Part shown: in pieces, positions 1-10,135 of the stretch
Layout: each line of letters starts with the position of its first letter
Position numbering within the stretch: position 1 is the first letter of the stretch
Assembly: GCA_002457605.1 (NCBI GenBank)
Contig: NTJT01000001.1
Coordinates: forward strand, 15,269 to 79,268
Source of the DNA: Marine Group II euryarchaeote MED-G34
GTDB taxonomy: Archaea; Thermoplasmatota; Poseidoniia; Poseidoniales; Thalassarchaeaceae
DNA length: 64,000 nucleotides
Direction of reading: 5' to 3'
The notes under the pieces: generated by a model
Database searches by the model: none
Seen by the model: only the letters and a program-made list of their open reading frames with translations
What the model was told of the DNA's origin: nothing
Made by a program: the position numbers and the translations under genes

Positions 1-242
1 CACTCCATCAGAGGCAACCCCTCGCCCATCGAGCGATTGAGTATCATCGCGAGGTGGGTGTGCCAGTTCTGCAGCGAGCGCGTGACCAGCCGAGTCGAGC
101 CGTCGATGTTCTCAACAACGTCCTCGTCGCCCTTGCTCTTCGAGTACGAACCATCGGGATGCAGCAGGAAGTTGCCGTCCTGAACCACACCGTCGTGGTC
201 TATCAGTCGAGCGCCGGTGATTCGGCGCACTCCCTCTTCCAT
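1..242 (-). CDS. Amidohydrolase family protein (MTA/SAH deaminase-like), N-terminal part, runs off window edge
   Basis: Manual translation from ATG at 242: MEEGVRRITGARLIDHDG...SLQNWHTHLAMILNRSMGEGLPLMEW. It has the HxH metal motif followed by LPLMEW, typical of this family. Confidence 0.8.
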   Translation of the reverse strand, partial: MEEGVRRITGARLIDHDGVVQDGNFLLHPDGSYSKSKGDEDVVENIDGSTRLVTRSLQNWHTHLAMILNRSMGEGLPLME

Positions 243-291
243 GGAATCGCCAACGGCTAGCCCATCTCAAGGTTCTCTATGCGAGAACTGC

Positions 292-987
292 TCAGTTACT
301 TGGTTTAGGTAGGAAAGGCATCAACTTGTTAGCAAGAGCCTCAAAGTTTCGAGTCTGTATCCAAGCCTTACCAGATCCTGATAATTTCAAGACAACACCC
401 TCTCCTCCGAACATGGTAGTCTTCCAAGATCCTGCCTTTTGCGGATCATAGGATACTCCATCGGTGAATGCCACGAGATGCCCGTTGTCGACAATTATTG
501 GTGCATCAGGAGTCACTTCGACCTCTTTGATGGCCCCATATGAACAGTAGAAGACCTGTCCTGGACCACCTTCTGAGAAAGCCCTCAGGAAGAAGGCACC
601 CTCTCTGGAAAATAGTGCCTTGGCGCCTTGGAATTTTGTATCATACTGAATATTATGCGAGCAGGCCATGAAGGCCCCTCCTTGCATGTACATGTTTTGA
701 CCGGGCTCCAAGTCGAATGTGCAGATATCTCCAGGAGACGAAGGAGCCATCGAAATCCATCCGCCAGAAGATCCTGCCGTGTATGTATTGATGAAGAAAG
801 ATTCTCCCCCCATAGCGGACTTAATGAGCCCACCAATCAGACCTCCTTTCGAAGCTCTGCCTGTTTCGACATTCAAACCAGAAGACTGGGCCACCATTGC
901 ACCAGGCTCGACTTTAATCGACTCTCCTGGGCCGAGGTTGGCAGTCATCAGTGTAAAGGCAGGTTGGAACTCGTAATCTACATCCAT
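292..987 (-). CDS. AIM24 family (TIGR00266-like) protein
   Basis: VEPGAMVA, GGESFFINTY, EGAFFL, IVDNGHLVAF, GGEGVV..SGSGKAWIQTRN motifs. Start placed at MDVDYE (987) because the longer ORF overlaps the FAH gene. Confidence 0.88.
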   Translation of the reverse strand: MDVDYEFQPAFTLMTANLGPGESIKVEPGAMVAQSSGLNVETGRASKGGLIGGLIKSAMGGESFFINTYTAGSSGGWISMAPSSPGDICTFDLEPGQNMYMQGGAFMACSHNIQYDTKFQGAKALFSREGAFFLRAFSEGGPGQVFYCSYGAIKEVEVTPDAPIIVDNGHLVAFTDGVSYDPQKAGSWKTTMFGGEGVVLKLSGSGKAWIQTRNFEALANKLMPFLPKPSN

Positions 988-1031
988 GAGTGCGTGCTGA
1001 AGGTCCAACTTTTCAAATGAACGGTGATGTG

Positions 1032-1634
1032 CTAAATAATACATTTCGCGTTGAGCACACTCACCTTTTTTCCCTCCGAGTTCCGCATCCAACACTCTAC
1101 TAAATCCCCTTCGTGCATCGGCCCGACACCCTCTGGGGTGCCGGTCCAGACAAGGTCTCCAGGCGAAGGCTCGTACCAATCATGCAGGTGCCCAAGAATG
1201 GTCTCCACCGAGTGCACCATCAGTTCAGTCGATGCCTGCTGCCTAACTTCGCCATTTACCGACAGACAAATCTCCACCGGCCGCGAGTCCCAAGCAGTCC
1301 AAGTTCCCAGCACCCCTGAACCAGCGAACCCCTTACCTTCGAGCCATGGCCAACCCTTCTTCTTGGCCAGTGTCTGACGAGTCCTGTTAGTGGTGTCGTT
1401 GCCAACACACATCTCCACCGGCTCGAGGTCCTCGCCGAGCCGGATGACTAGTTCCACCTCATGGTCAATGTGATCCTCGGCTGAGCTCAGCGCGACCACG
1501 TTGTTACCATGCTCATCTGCCTCCACCAATGCGGTCGGCGGCATCAGGAAGAAGCGGGGGTAGTCGGTGATGTCGCCGTAGATCTCCTTGGCATGACCAA
1601 CATAGTTGCGGAACACCGCCCATCCGACCGCCAT
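1032..1634 (-). CDS. Fumarylacetoacetate hydrolase family protein
   Basis: RNYVGHAKE, DHEVEL, GNDTTNR, LEGKGF, GDLVWTGTPEGVG motifs. Confidence 0.9.
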   Translation of the reverse strand: MAVGWAVFRNYVGHAKEIYGDITDYPRFFLMPPTALVEADEHGNNVVALSSAEDHIDHEVELVIRLGEDLEPVEMCVGNDTTNRTRQTLAKKKGWPWLEGKGFAGSGVLGTWTAWDSRPVEICLSVNGEVRQQASTELMVHSVETILGHLHDWYEPSPGDLVWTGTPEGVGPMHEGDLVECWMRNSEGKKVSVLNAKCII

Positions 1635-1718
1635 GACACTTCCAACACCCGCAATCCCATTATCGCATCGCTACCGAACTAAGCAGGTTGAAGACTCTCC
1701 CTCGGCCGAGCCGCATCG

Positions 1719-2699
1719 ATGGCCGAGGACCCCTACCGAGTCCTAGGCGTCTCCAGCGACGCCAGTGATGCCGAGATTAAGCGGGCCTACCGCAAACTCG
1801 CTCGGCAGTACCACCCCGACAGGAACCCGGATGACGCAGCGGCCGAGGAACGCTTCAAGGCGATTCAGGCTGCCTACGAGAATGTCGGAACTGCCGAAGC
1901 CCGCAGAGAGTATGACCAGAGTCGTCGCATGGAGGACATGTTCGCCAGTGGTGGCTTCCAGGGCAACCCGTTCGGAGGGGGCTTTGGCGGCGCCGATTTG
2001 GGAGATATAATCTCGCAGTTCATGGGAGGTAGAGGCGCATCTAGAGGATTTGATACGAGGTCCTCACGTGGCTTCGGCGGCCAGACTCAAACTCCCTCAA
2101 ACGAGCCCGCCCAACCAACAAGAGGTGCCGATATCGAGGCAGGACTCGACATTTCGCTCGAGCAGGCTTCACAGGGGACTGAGGTGAAGTTTAGCCACCG
2201 CAGGCTAAGGCGATGCGGGAAGTGCAAAGGTTCGAGTTTCGGAAAGTCACGGCGCTGCGCACCGTGTAATGGAACAGGAGTTCAGACCAAGGGTAGCACA
2301 CTCACTGTGAAGGTCCCACCCAATGCCGAACACGGTCAGTTGCTCCGCCTCAAGGGTATGGGGCACGAGCATCCCGAGGGAGATCCTGGAGACCTGCGAA
2401 TTACCTTGAGGTTGGATGCTCAGGAAGGGCGGCGTTGGGAGGAAGGCAGGTTGGTCCAAGAAGTCCCCATACCTGTCACAACACTACTTCTTGGCGGGAA
2501 TGTACGAATCTCAACACCAGCTGGTAAGAGGGTGCAAATTGACGTACCTGAAGGCACCCGCATAGGCGATCGCAGGAGGCTGCAGGGCCATGGCCACTCT
2601 GGTGGACCACTCGATATCGAGTTCACTCTAGCCGAACCAGAGGCACTGAACAAATCCCAGCGCGAAGCGCTGGAGAGACTCAAGGATAGTGGGCTGTGA
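1719..2699 (+). CDS. DnaJ-class co-chaperone (J domain, G/F region, one Zn finger, C-terminal domain)
   Basis: DPYRVLGV...YHPDRN J domain, G/F-rich linker, CGKCKG and CAPCNGTG motifs, DnaJ C-terminal GDLRI motif. Confidence 0.9.
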   Translation: MAEDPYRVLGVSSDASDAEIKRAYRKLARQYHPDRNPDDAAAEERFKAIQAAYENVGTAEARREYDQSRRMEDMFASGGFQGNPFGGGFGGADLGDIISQFMGGRGASRGFDTRSSRGFGGQTQTPSNEPAQPTRGADIEAGLDISLEQASQGTEVKFSHRRLRRCGKCKGSSFGKSRRCAPCNGTGVQTKGSTLTVKVPPNAEHGQLLRLKGMGHEHPEGDPGDLRITLRLDAQEGRRWEEGRLVQEVPIPVTTLLLGGNVRISTPAGKRVQIDVPEGTRIGDRRRLQGHGHSGGPLDIEFTLAEPEALNKSQREALERLKDSGL

Positions 2700-2743
2700 A
2701 CCACACACAACCTGTCAAATACCCGTCTTCCGCGGCCCACAAC

Positions 2744-5700
2744 ATGCGCGACTTTGCCCATGTAGCCGACTTCCTCGTACCGAGGCGCAGGCAGGCGCAC
2801 ATCGTCATCATCCTACTGTCCATACTAATGCTCCCAGGAATCTCAGCCACGTTCAGTCCAATTGACATAGAATCCTACGACCTAGAGTCACCGGAACTCG
2901 ACGCAGATGAGGTCCTCATGGAGGAGTTCTCATCAGCTGGAGGGATAGAGGCCTTCGGAATCTTCATTCGTGACTCAAGTTACTTCGGAGAGCCAGATTC
3001 CGATGTCACGATGATTGCCGATTACACTGGCCACGGTCTAGGTGTGTCCGACCCCAAAGGAGGAGTACTCAACCTCACCGTGCTGAGAGAGATTGACACT
3101 AAGGCCGAGTACCTGAGGCAGCACGAGATTTCCGAGTTTTACCTCTCGTTCGCATCTCAGATTACCGGCGAGCCAGTAATCGGTATACTCGACCTCGCTA
3201 CTGACTTCAGAGCATTCATGTCGGGCCAATCTGCCTTGACTAGCCCTAGAATCGACCCCGAGACATTGACAATGGCACCGCCATCTACTGACTGGATAGA
3301 CTGCGGTATTCTTGAGTGCCTATCATTCGACGACGAGAACCTCACTCAGGCTCATATCGATCTAGCCGCACACAGGTTGGCCAATCACAGTTCTGGTGCC
3401 TTTCTCAGACTGCTTTCCAAGGATCGTGGATTTACTCCAGATCAATCAAGTCCTGTGTTAGGGCCTTACGACTACCAACTCCTCGCGGACGGAACTATCG
3501 TTGCTGAGGAATGGGGCCCTGGGCGTTGGTCAGCATCTTCTGCATGGCTACTCATCAACTTCGACAGAGAGGCCATGCAAAACAACGGCTGGTCATTCTC
3601 ATGGTTGAACTCCAGTTCCGACTCTGATTCAGGATACGAGTGGGATGGGGTCACAGTCGAGACCAACCCGATTCACAACTCGGTCGAGGAGTGCCGTGAG
3701 AGGGCACTAGCGGGCGAGGAACTCTGTTCAATGGAATGGCTCTATTTGGCCCTAGAGGAGGATTTGAGATCCACTGATGAAATGGTCGTCACTCTGATGT
3801 TCGCTGAGGGCGTCAATGTCGAGATAAATCGAGAATTACTCTCAAGCGCCTATCTGATTTTGATTATGACATTGGTAGTAACTGTCCTGTTGTGGCTCAG
3901 TCTGAGGAGAGTATCTGACGTAGCCATAGTGGTGGTCGGCCTAGTGCTTTCACTAATGTGGATGCAGGGGCTTATCGGATGGTCAATCATCCTAGGACAA
4001 AGATACGGGATGGAAGTGATATTCCGCTCGCAGTTCTCTAATCTCCTCCCAATCTTAGTACTCGCTTTAGGCATAGACGACAGTCTACACGCGCTGCATA
4101 GGTACAAGGAAGAGAGGAGGGAGGGAGCCAGTCCCGAATTGGCAGCCCGTACCTCAATAAGCAGAGTTGGTAGAGCCATTCTTCTGACTTCAACGACAAC
4201 CATAGTTGCCTTCATGGCCAATATGACTTCGAACATCGCTGCCCTCCGCTCTTTTGGCATAGAGGCAGGCCTCGGAGTGCTTTCGGCATTCATTCTCACT
4301 GGCCTCTGGGTTCCTCTGGTCCGCTACGACTTCGATTTATGGATGGAATCGAAGGGCAAACTGCAGGATGAGGAGGAAGGCCTCGTGCACATGGTGCCGG
4401 AGTCTTGGCTAGCCGCAGTCACCACCAATTCAGCTAGGCATGCCCCAGTGGTCGCCGCACTGGCCATCCTGATTACTGCGATGGCCGTTCCGATGATGCT
4501 CTCACTAGAGGGAGACTTTCAGGTTGAGGACTTCATCGAGAGCGAATCCGACCTCGCGGTGGGAATCGGCTTGGTAAACGAGCGCTTCAGTGACGAGGGT
4601 GAACCCGGCTTCATCTTACTTGAGGGAGATATGGCGAATCCTAAGGTGTTAGCCGCCATTGGGGAACTACGCAACAATGTGAACTCGCATGGACCGGAGG
4701 ATTCGAACCAACTCTCTCGTCTTCCCACCGGGGAGGTGGAACTACTAGCAATTGACGGCATACTAGGATTTGCCAAGGCGGCAATGGCTTGGAACAACAC
4801 CCCCTTCGTCGAGGCAGGATGGGACCCTTCGGCCGAGGATGGAGGGGTCGATTGCGACAGGGATTTCCTAGGTCTGCCTTCGCTGGGCGACAGGGAGTGC
4901 TTGATTTTCCTTTACGGCTTCGTGTTGACCAGGGGGGTTCCCGAAAGCGGAGGATACCCATCGATGCCTCCTACCATAGTCGCTGAGTACATTCAAGTGG
5001 CTGAAGATCTGGACTACGAGCACCCATGGCTTACCACCTCAGGTGAGACTCCGCAGTACATCCGGGCCTCGATTCGATTTGGAATTTCCAGTCCAGAGCA
5101 GTTTGCCTTGGTCGAGCCGGCTTTGGCTCAATTGGTGGATGACATGGCTCCATTACAGGAGCTCGCCCGGAATCCACTCAGAGAGCAAGGTGATATCTCT
5201 TCGGCAGATGATCAGTACCCTGTCACATGGGCGATTCCTACTGGCGAACCCGTCATCAGATTCGTCGCCGCCGACTCGATGCAGGATGAGATGCAGGGCA
5301 CCCTGCTTCTTGGTGTCGTACTCTGCACAATCACCCTGTGGTGGGGCTTCCGGGAGGAGACTTCGGCGAGGCAGCGATGGCAGGAAAGCATGCAGAATCG
5401 TGCTGACTTTGCTCGCAGAGTGGGGTCGACAGTTGTGGTTACTGGGGTGCTTACCTATCTCATGTTGGGCGCAGGTTACGCAGCCTTCTTCACAGTCCTG
5501 GCACTTGTTCTTTCCATCCTCTGGGGGACCCTTCCTTTCTTCATTGCTACAGTCACCACTGGCCCTATCTTCCTCGTAATCATCTGGCTGTACGCTATGG
5601 TAGAACTTGCTGGATATGGGCTTAACATGGTCACCGTAGCAATTGCAGCAATGTCTCTTGGGGTCGGCATAGACTACGTCATCCACCTCATTGAGAGGTA

Positions 5701-5962
5701 TCGTGAGGAACGTGAGAAGGGGATGACACCACACCTCTCACTGGCTGCCGTGGGCAGTGCCTCAGGTCTCGCACTCTTCGGCTCTGCAGTATCGGATATC
5801 GCGGGGTTCATGGTAATCCATCAGTCCAAGATGGGATTCTTTTCCACCTTCGGGCTGTTCTGTGCAGTCATGATTGGATTGTCACTGATTGCAAGCATGA
5901 TTCTGACTCCGGCGGTGCTGGGCCTGCTTCATCGCAAATCACTAGTTTCTGAGCACTCTTGA
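2744..5962 (+). CDS. RND superfamily (MMPL/HAE3-like) exporter
   Basis: Two TM bundles with ALGIDDSLH and LGVGIDYVIH motifs and two large extracytoplasmic loops. Alternative GTG start at 2696 overlaps the dnaJ stop. Confidence 0.88.
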   Translation: MRDFAHVADFLVPRRRQAHIVIILLSILMLPGISATFSPIDIESYDLESPELDADEVLMEEFSSAGGIEAFGIFIRDSSYFGEPDSDVTMIADYTGHGLGVSDPKGGVLNLTVLREIDTKAEYLRQHEISEFYLSFASQITGEPVIGILDLATDFRAFMSGQSALTSPRIDPETLTMAPPSTDWIDCGILECLSFDDENLTQAHIDLAAHRLANHSSGAFLRLLSKDRGFTPDQSSPVLGPYDYQLLADGTIVAEEWGPGRWSASSAWLLINFDREAMQNNGWSFSWLNSSSDSDSGYEWDGVTVETNPIHNSVEECRERALAGEELCSMEWLYLALEEDLRSTDEMVVTLMFAEGVNVEINRELLSSAYLILIMTLVVTVLLWLSLRRVSDVAIVVVGLVLSLMWMQGLIGWSIILGQRYGMEVIFRSQFSNLLPILVLALGIDDSLHALHRYKEERREGASPELAARTSISRVGRAILLTSTTTIVAFMANMTSNIAALRSFGIEAGLGVLSAFILTGLWVPLVRYDFDLWMESKGKLQDEEEGLVHMVPESWLAAVTTNSARHAPVVAALAILITAMAVPMMLSLEGDFQVEDFIESESDLAVGIGLVNERFSDEGEPGFILLEGDMANPKVLAAIGELRNNVNSHGPEDSNQLSRLPTGEVELLAIDGILGFAKAAMAWNNTPFVEAGWDPSAEDGGVDCDRDFLGLPSLGDRECLIFLYGFVLTRGVPESGGYPSMPPTIVAEYIQVAEDLDYEHPWLTTSGETPQYIRASIRFGISSPEQFALVEPALAQLVDDMAPLQELARNPLREQGDISSADDQYPVTWAIPTGEPVIRFVAADSMQDEMQGTLLLGVVLCTITLWWGFREETSARQRWQESMQNRADFARRVGSTVVVTGVLTYLMLGAGYAAFFTVLALVLSILWGTLPFFIATVTTGPIFLVIIWLYAMVELAGYGLNMVTVAIAAMSLGVGIDYVIHLIERYREEREKGMTPHLSLAAVGSASGLALFGSAVSDIAGFMVIHQSKMGFFSTFGLFCAVMIGLSLIASMILTPAVLGLLHRKSLVSEHS

Positions 5963-6002
5963 GTTCCATTAGGTTCTTGACATAATCTGGATTCGATTCT
6001 TC

Positions 6003-6530
6003 ATGATGGAGCCTGGATACGCTGACAGAGGCCATATAATGGCCGTAGAATTCGATAGGAAGATTATCGTTTATTGGTGGATGATGGCGAATCTAGGCCT
6101 TCTCTCTACAATAGTTGGAATTTTACTAATGCCAATCTGGCTTCCGTTTGGGTGGATTGTTCATAAGAAGCAGTATGAGCACATGAGTGGGGCCCTAACT
6201 GACCGTTCAATCAACATGCGCATGGGATGGTTGTTCAAGAAGCAGCAGAACATTCCTCTGGACAAACTCACTGATGTATCTATTCATGAGGGTCCAATCC
6301 TGAACGCCTTCGGAGTTGTCAGGATGCAGTTTGAGACTGCTGGCGCAGCACCATTCATTCTCACCGGGGTAAAAAACTCCGATCAGTTCCGCGACCTCGT
6401 TCTCCAGCAAAGAGACTCATTGGTTTCCGCTCCTCAACAGTCTACATCTTCAGATGACTCCAACGACGTCCTTGTCGAAATCAGGGACATCCTTCAGCAA
6501 ATAAATGCAAACATCTCTAACGAGGAGTAG
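6003..6530 (+). CDS. Bacterial PH domain (bPH_2/YdbS-like) membrane protein
   Basis: N-terminal TM hairpin, then LTDRSI..RMGWLFKKQQNIPLDKLTDVSIHEGPI..AFG..ETAG. Start could be 6039. Confidence 0.8.
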   Translation: MMEPGYADRGHIMAVEFDRKIIVYWWMMANLGLLSTIVGILLMPIWLPFGWIVHKKQYEHMSGALTDRSINMRMGWLFKKQQNIPLDKLTDVSIHEGPILNAFGVVRMQFETAGAAPFILTGVKNSDQFRDLVLQQRDSLVSAPQQSTSSDDSNDVLVEIRDILQQINANISNEE

Positions 6531-6531
6531 A

Positions 6532-6765
6532 ATGGTATTCGAATGCAACATTGATGCTAGAGGCAAGGTGTATCGCCTCAAGCTCGGAATCATAGGACTC
6601 GTAGCTGGATTGGTGTCAGGGGCTGCCTTCTGCTTAGCAGGGATTGATTGGGGTAATCTTTGGTTAATACCTCTTGGAATCACCGGCGGCGGAGCGTTTG
6701 CTATTTTCGAAGCCCGGACTGGATGGTGTCTTGCACGTGCTCTGGGATTCAAAACCCCGCTGTGA
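6532..6765 (+). CDS. Small two-TM membrane protein (YgaP/DUF2892-like)
   Basis: CNID..G..R N-terminus, two hydrophobic helices, C-terminal GWCLARALGFKT. Confidence 0.7.
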   Translation: MVFECNIDARGKVYRLKLGIIGLVAGLVSGAAFCLAGIDWGNLWLIPLGITGGGAFAIFEARTGWCLARALGFKTPL

Positions 6766-6902
6766 AATCTAACGCCGCATTCCGAGTGAATCTCTCAAAT
6801 CCAACTTGAAATCATAGTTTACGAAACCATACTTCTCGTCTAGCAGCCGGTTTGACGAGATAAGAAGGCCATCATTATATTCTCAGTGATTAAGGAACCA
6901 CC

Positions 6903-7223
6903 ATGCCGGAAAATATCCTGACTGACTTAGAGCGCGGCGACGAGGACTGTATTCTCCGATTTGCCGACGGATCTGCATTCAGGCTCAGTTACCTATCGAT
7001 ACGCTGCCGCTGCCAATGTGCCAAGTGCAAGCCGAGGCAAGAGAATCAACAGAGGCTTACTGAGTTCGAAGAGGAGATTGCTCGCCTCAGGGTCGAGAAG
7101 CCGCGAGCTGAGCCAGTGGGGCGCTATGGAGTCAGATTCGATTGGCCGTCCGGGTGCTCGAGCGGAATCCACTCCTTCAGACATTTGAGGAGCGTCGCCG
7201 AAGACCTTGGTTCAGCACTCTGA
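6903..7223 (+). CDS. DUF971 (GBBH-like N-terminal) protein
   Basis: IRCRCQCAKC, VGRYGVRFDWPSGCSSGIHSF pattern. Confidence 0.82.
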   Translation: MPENILTDLERGDEDCILRFADGSAFRLSYLSIRCRCQCAKCKPRQENQQRLTEFEEEIARLRVEKPRAEPVGRYGVRFDWPSGCSSGIHSFRHLRSVAEDLGSAL

Positions 7224-7318
7224 ACATATGGCTTACCTATGCGAAGGGGTCAAAGGCGACTCTCTGGTCGCGAAATTATCGAAGACACGGGTAGCCCCGT
7301 GATTTCGGTGGTGATTCG

Positions 7319-8743
7319 ATGCATGAAAATGGCCCCGATGGAGACGAGCAAAAGCTCGATGAGGAAGATGAGTGGCAACTCTACGCCAGTGCCGGGTACG
7401 CCTCGGCAGAAACCGTCACTGAGGTTGAGGAGGCTGAGGAGGCCGACAAGGAAGAGTGGTTCGACGGCGACGATCTCGAGGTCAACGGAGCTCCAATAGA
7501 TTGGGATGCACCGCCCTGTCCTGCCCCACTTGGGGTCGCCCACATCATCAAGATGGGAACCTGCGATTACTGTCTGCATAGGGTGGCTGGTCGTAGAACC
7601 AAGGCCCGTGGGGCTGAGGGTGGCCGGGAGATTCGAGAAGACGCCCACGCAAGGGATCCTGGAATAGCCAAGTTTGGGGCGCCTGAACTGTGTCCTCTAT
7701 GTGAGGACCTGTTCGATGACACCAGCAACATCGTCAGTAGGGTCATAGAGTCTACAAAAGGCATCGAGTACGGTACCATACAGTTTGGAATCCATCTGCC
7801 GAAGGATCTAGTACAGGATGAGGACAAAATCCGAAGTAGACACGGAGCTCCTGCTTCAAGACCGCTAAAAGCCGCTTTCGCTGATGCGATACAGCAGCAG
7901 TTGTCCGAGCACATGCCTAATATTGAGTTCGTCAAGGAGAAGCCCGACCTGATGATTTTGGTCGACGGCCTGACTCTCAGGGTCGACATCGATGTCAGAC
8001 CGGTCTTTCTCTATGGCAGATACAGGAAGCTCAGTCGAGAGATTCCTCAGACCAGATGGCCTTGCCGCGCCTGTAGGGGAAGAGCACAGGGCTGCGAATC
8101 TTGTCAGGGCACCGGGCTACAGTATCCTGACTCCGTACAGGACCTCATCGGTGAGCCGATTAGATCCATCCTACAGGCCGAAGACACCTCATTCCACGGC
8201 ATGGGAAGAGAGGACATCGACGTCAGATGCCTTGGCTCCGGTCGCCCCTTTGTCCTAGAAATTAAGAATCCTCTAATCCGTAAGGCGAATCTCGTAGAAC
8301 TCGTTGCAGCAGTCAATGATAACTCATCGGAGATGGTGGAAATTGATCAGCTAGATTGGACAGACAGGAAGCGAATCGGGAAAGTCAAAGAGACTCGCTC
8401 GGATAAGTCCTACACGATTAGGTTCAGGGTCGACGACATCCCAGAAGAGGAGAAGGTGAAGGAAGCCATATCAGGGCTATCGGGTGTCGTACTGGGGCAG
8501 GATACGCCCAAGCGTGTCTCGCATCGCAGGGCTGCTAAGACGCGAAAGAGAAAAGTCGTCTCGATTAGCGACGTAATTGTTGATGGCGACGAGGTCCAGA
8601 CAACCTTACGTTGCGAAGCCGGGACTTACATCAAGGAACTCATCCATTCCGATGAGGGCAGAACGGTGCCCTCGGTCAGCGGCGTGCTGGATAGGGAATG
8701 CGAGGTGCTTTGGCTCGATGTCGAGGAGATTCACGCTGACTGA
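7319..8743 (+). CDS. pus10: tRNA pseudouridine(54/55) synthase Pus10
   Basis: GRYRKLSREIPQTRW, catalytic GREDIDVR, GRPFVLE, TPKRVSHRRA, AGTYIKEL; conserved position upstream of rpl21e. Confidence 0.93.
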   Translation: MHENGPDGDEQKLDEEDEWQLYASAGYASAETVTEVEEAEEADKEEWFDGDDLEVNGAPIDWDAPPCPAPLGVAHIIKMGTCDYCLHRVAGRRTKARGAEGGREIREDAHARDPGIAKFGAPELCPLCEDLFDDTSNIVSRVIESTKGIEYGTIQFGIHLPKDLVQDEDKIRSRHGAPASRPLKAAFADAIQQQLSEHMPNIEFVKEKPDLMILVDGLTLRVDIDVRPVFLYGRYRKLSREIPQTRWPCRACRGRAQGCESCQGTGLQYPDSVQDLIGEPIRSILQAEDTSFHGMGREDIDVRCLGSGRPFVLEIKNPLIRKANLVELVAAVNDNSSEMVEIDQLDWTDRKRIGKVKETRSDKSYTIRFRVDDIPEEEKVKEAISGLSGVVLGQDTPKRVSHRRAAKTRKRKVVSISDVIVDGDEVQTTLRCEAGTYIKELIHSDEGRTVPSVSGVLDRECEVLWLDVEEIHAD

Positions 8744-8821
8744 ATCCAATGCCTCATCCGAGCCCTTAAGAAGAATCGGCAGGTCGAACGCTCCCACGAC
8801 CTACGGTCGAAAGGTGATTCA

Positions 8822-9115
8822 ATGGCCACGAGAACACACGGCGAACGTCAGGGTACCCGCAGCATCCTGAAAAAGAAGAAAGCCGAGCGAAGTCGTGTTT
8901 TCATCAATCGTGTGATGCATCCCTATGCCGAGGGCGATCGTGTCGCAATCGTGCTTGACGGAGCCCAGCAGAAGGGCATGCCACACCGCCGCTTCCAAGG
9001 CAAGACTGGCATAATTGCCGGAATTCAGGGTCGAGCATATGTCGTTTCAGTCTCGGACGGTGACATGCAGAAGACCGTGGTGGCTAGACCTGAGCACCTC
9101 AGGCCCATGGAGTAA
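8822..9115 (+). CDS. rpl21e: 50S ribosomal protein L21e
   Basis: KGMPHRRFQGKTG and RPEHL motifs. Confidence 0.96.
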   Translation: MATRTHGERQGTRSILKKKKAERSRVFINRVMHPYAEGDRVAIVLDGAQQKGMPHRRFQGKTGIIAGIQGRAYVVSVSDGDMQKTVVARPEHLRPME

Positions 9116-9124
9116 GTGATTCTG

Positions 9125-9478
9125 ATGTCTGAGAAAGAGTATGTCGACTTCGCCACCGTCCGCGACCTGCTGGAGCAGGCTAACGAGCGCCGTGGCGAAC
9201 TCTCCTATGAACAACTCATGGCACTCGGTCATGCTCAGTGGGCGGCCAGTGAGAATCGCGGCGGCAGGAAGACAGACCCAGAGGCCTTCAGGGGACTACG
9301 CGATGCTCTGATGGAGAATGAAAAACTCGCACCACATCCCGAGATTTGTGCTAAGCTGGCTGAACTTTGCCCCATGGTTGTGGCAGACGTCAGGGTAATC
9401 GTCGCTAGCAAGAGGATTGCGATGGACACCTCGGAGATCGAGGAACTCATCACAATAATCCGTCAGCACGTTCTCTGA
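9125..9478 (+). CDS. rpo4: RNA polymerase subunit Rpo4 (RpoF)
   Basis: ELSYEQ..ALGHA, KLAELCP..ADVR; canonical rpl21e-rpoF-DUF655-ksgA synteny. Confidence 0.85.
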   Translation: MSEKEYVDFATVRDLLEQANERRGELSYEQLMALGHAQWAASENRGGRKTDPEAFRGLRDALMENEKLAPHPEICAKLAELCPMVVADVRVIVASKRIAMDTSEIEELITIIRQHVL

Positions 9479-9482
9479 TGCT

Positions 9483-9500
9483 ACTTTTCGGCACTTTTCG
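9483..9500 (+). terminator. Possible oligo-U terminator (ACTTTTCG x2) after rpl21e-rpo4
   Basis: Direct repeat ACTTTTCG at 9483-9490 and 9493-9500 immediately after the rpo4 stop. Confidence 0.35.
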
Positions 9501-9549
9501 CCAACAATTTCATTCAAGGGGGGGAACCGCTCTGAACAACCTGAGAGAC

Positions 9550-10122
9550 ATGCAGTTAGGCGGCCCCGACGAGTCTGACGAGGACGAACCTAGTCCGTAT
9601 GAATCCGAGACTCATATCAGGGTCCTAGATATGCAGGACAGACGTCCCATGGGGCATGAGATACACGGCATCACAGAACCATCGATGCATCTGATCCGCG
9701 CTCGAGTGAATGATTCTGTGGAGCTATCTAAAGGCTCGAGGATGGCAGCTGACTCGGAATCAATCGGACCTCTCTCTGAAATCAGACACCGAGACCTCTC
9801 TCCAGCAGCTATCGGTGAACTGACAGAGGCCCTGTTGGCAACAATCTCCGAGACCCCCGAGAAGCACTTGGGTTTCTACAACAGCGCCGGGCCGATGTCA
9901 CTGAAGTACCACGCCTTCCAACTGCTTCCAGGTATAGGGAATTCAAAGGCACTGCAGATGGTCCAACTACGGGGAATCGCCGGTTGGAACGACTTTGCAG
10001 CGGTCGATGAGGCCTGTGGAATCGAATCTGCTAGACTGCTAGCGGAGCGCTATGTCAAGGAGATGGAGGACGATGCCCAGACCCCTAGATTGCTCGACAT
10101 CCTAGTTCGCTCCGAGATTTGA
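9550..10122 (+). CDS. DUF655 family nucleic-acid-binding protein
   Basis: RVLD, FYNSAGPMSLKYHAFQLLPGIG (HhH) motifs plus synteny. Start uncertain (9478 or 9550). Confidence 0.85.
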   Translation: MQLGGPDESDEDEPSPYESETHIRVLDMQDRRPMGHEIHGITEPSMHLIRARVNDSVELSKGSRMAADSESIGPLSEIRHRDLSPAAIGELTEALLATISETPEKHLGFYNSAGPMSLKYHAFQLLPGIGNSKALQMVQLRGIAGWNDFAAVDEACGIESARLLAERYVKEMEDDAQTPRLLDILVRSEI

Positions 10123-10135
10123 CCGGGGCGGGACC

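Noticed and set aside
292-987. Visibly lower-GC patches (AIM24 gene, ~6.0-6.9 kb, ~12.7-13.0 kb) as horizontal transfers
   Set aside because: Short, judged by eye only, with no mobility genes or boundary repeats
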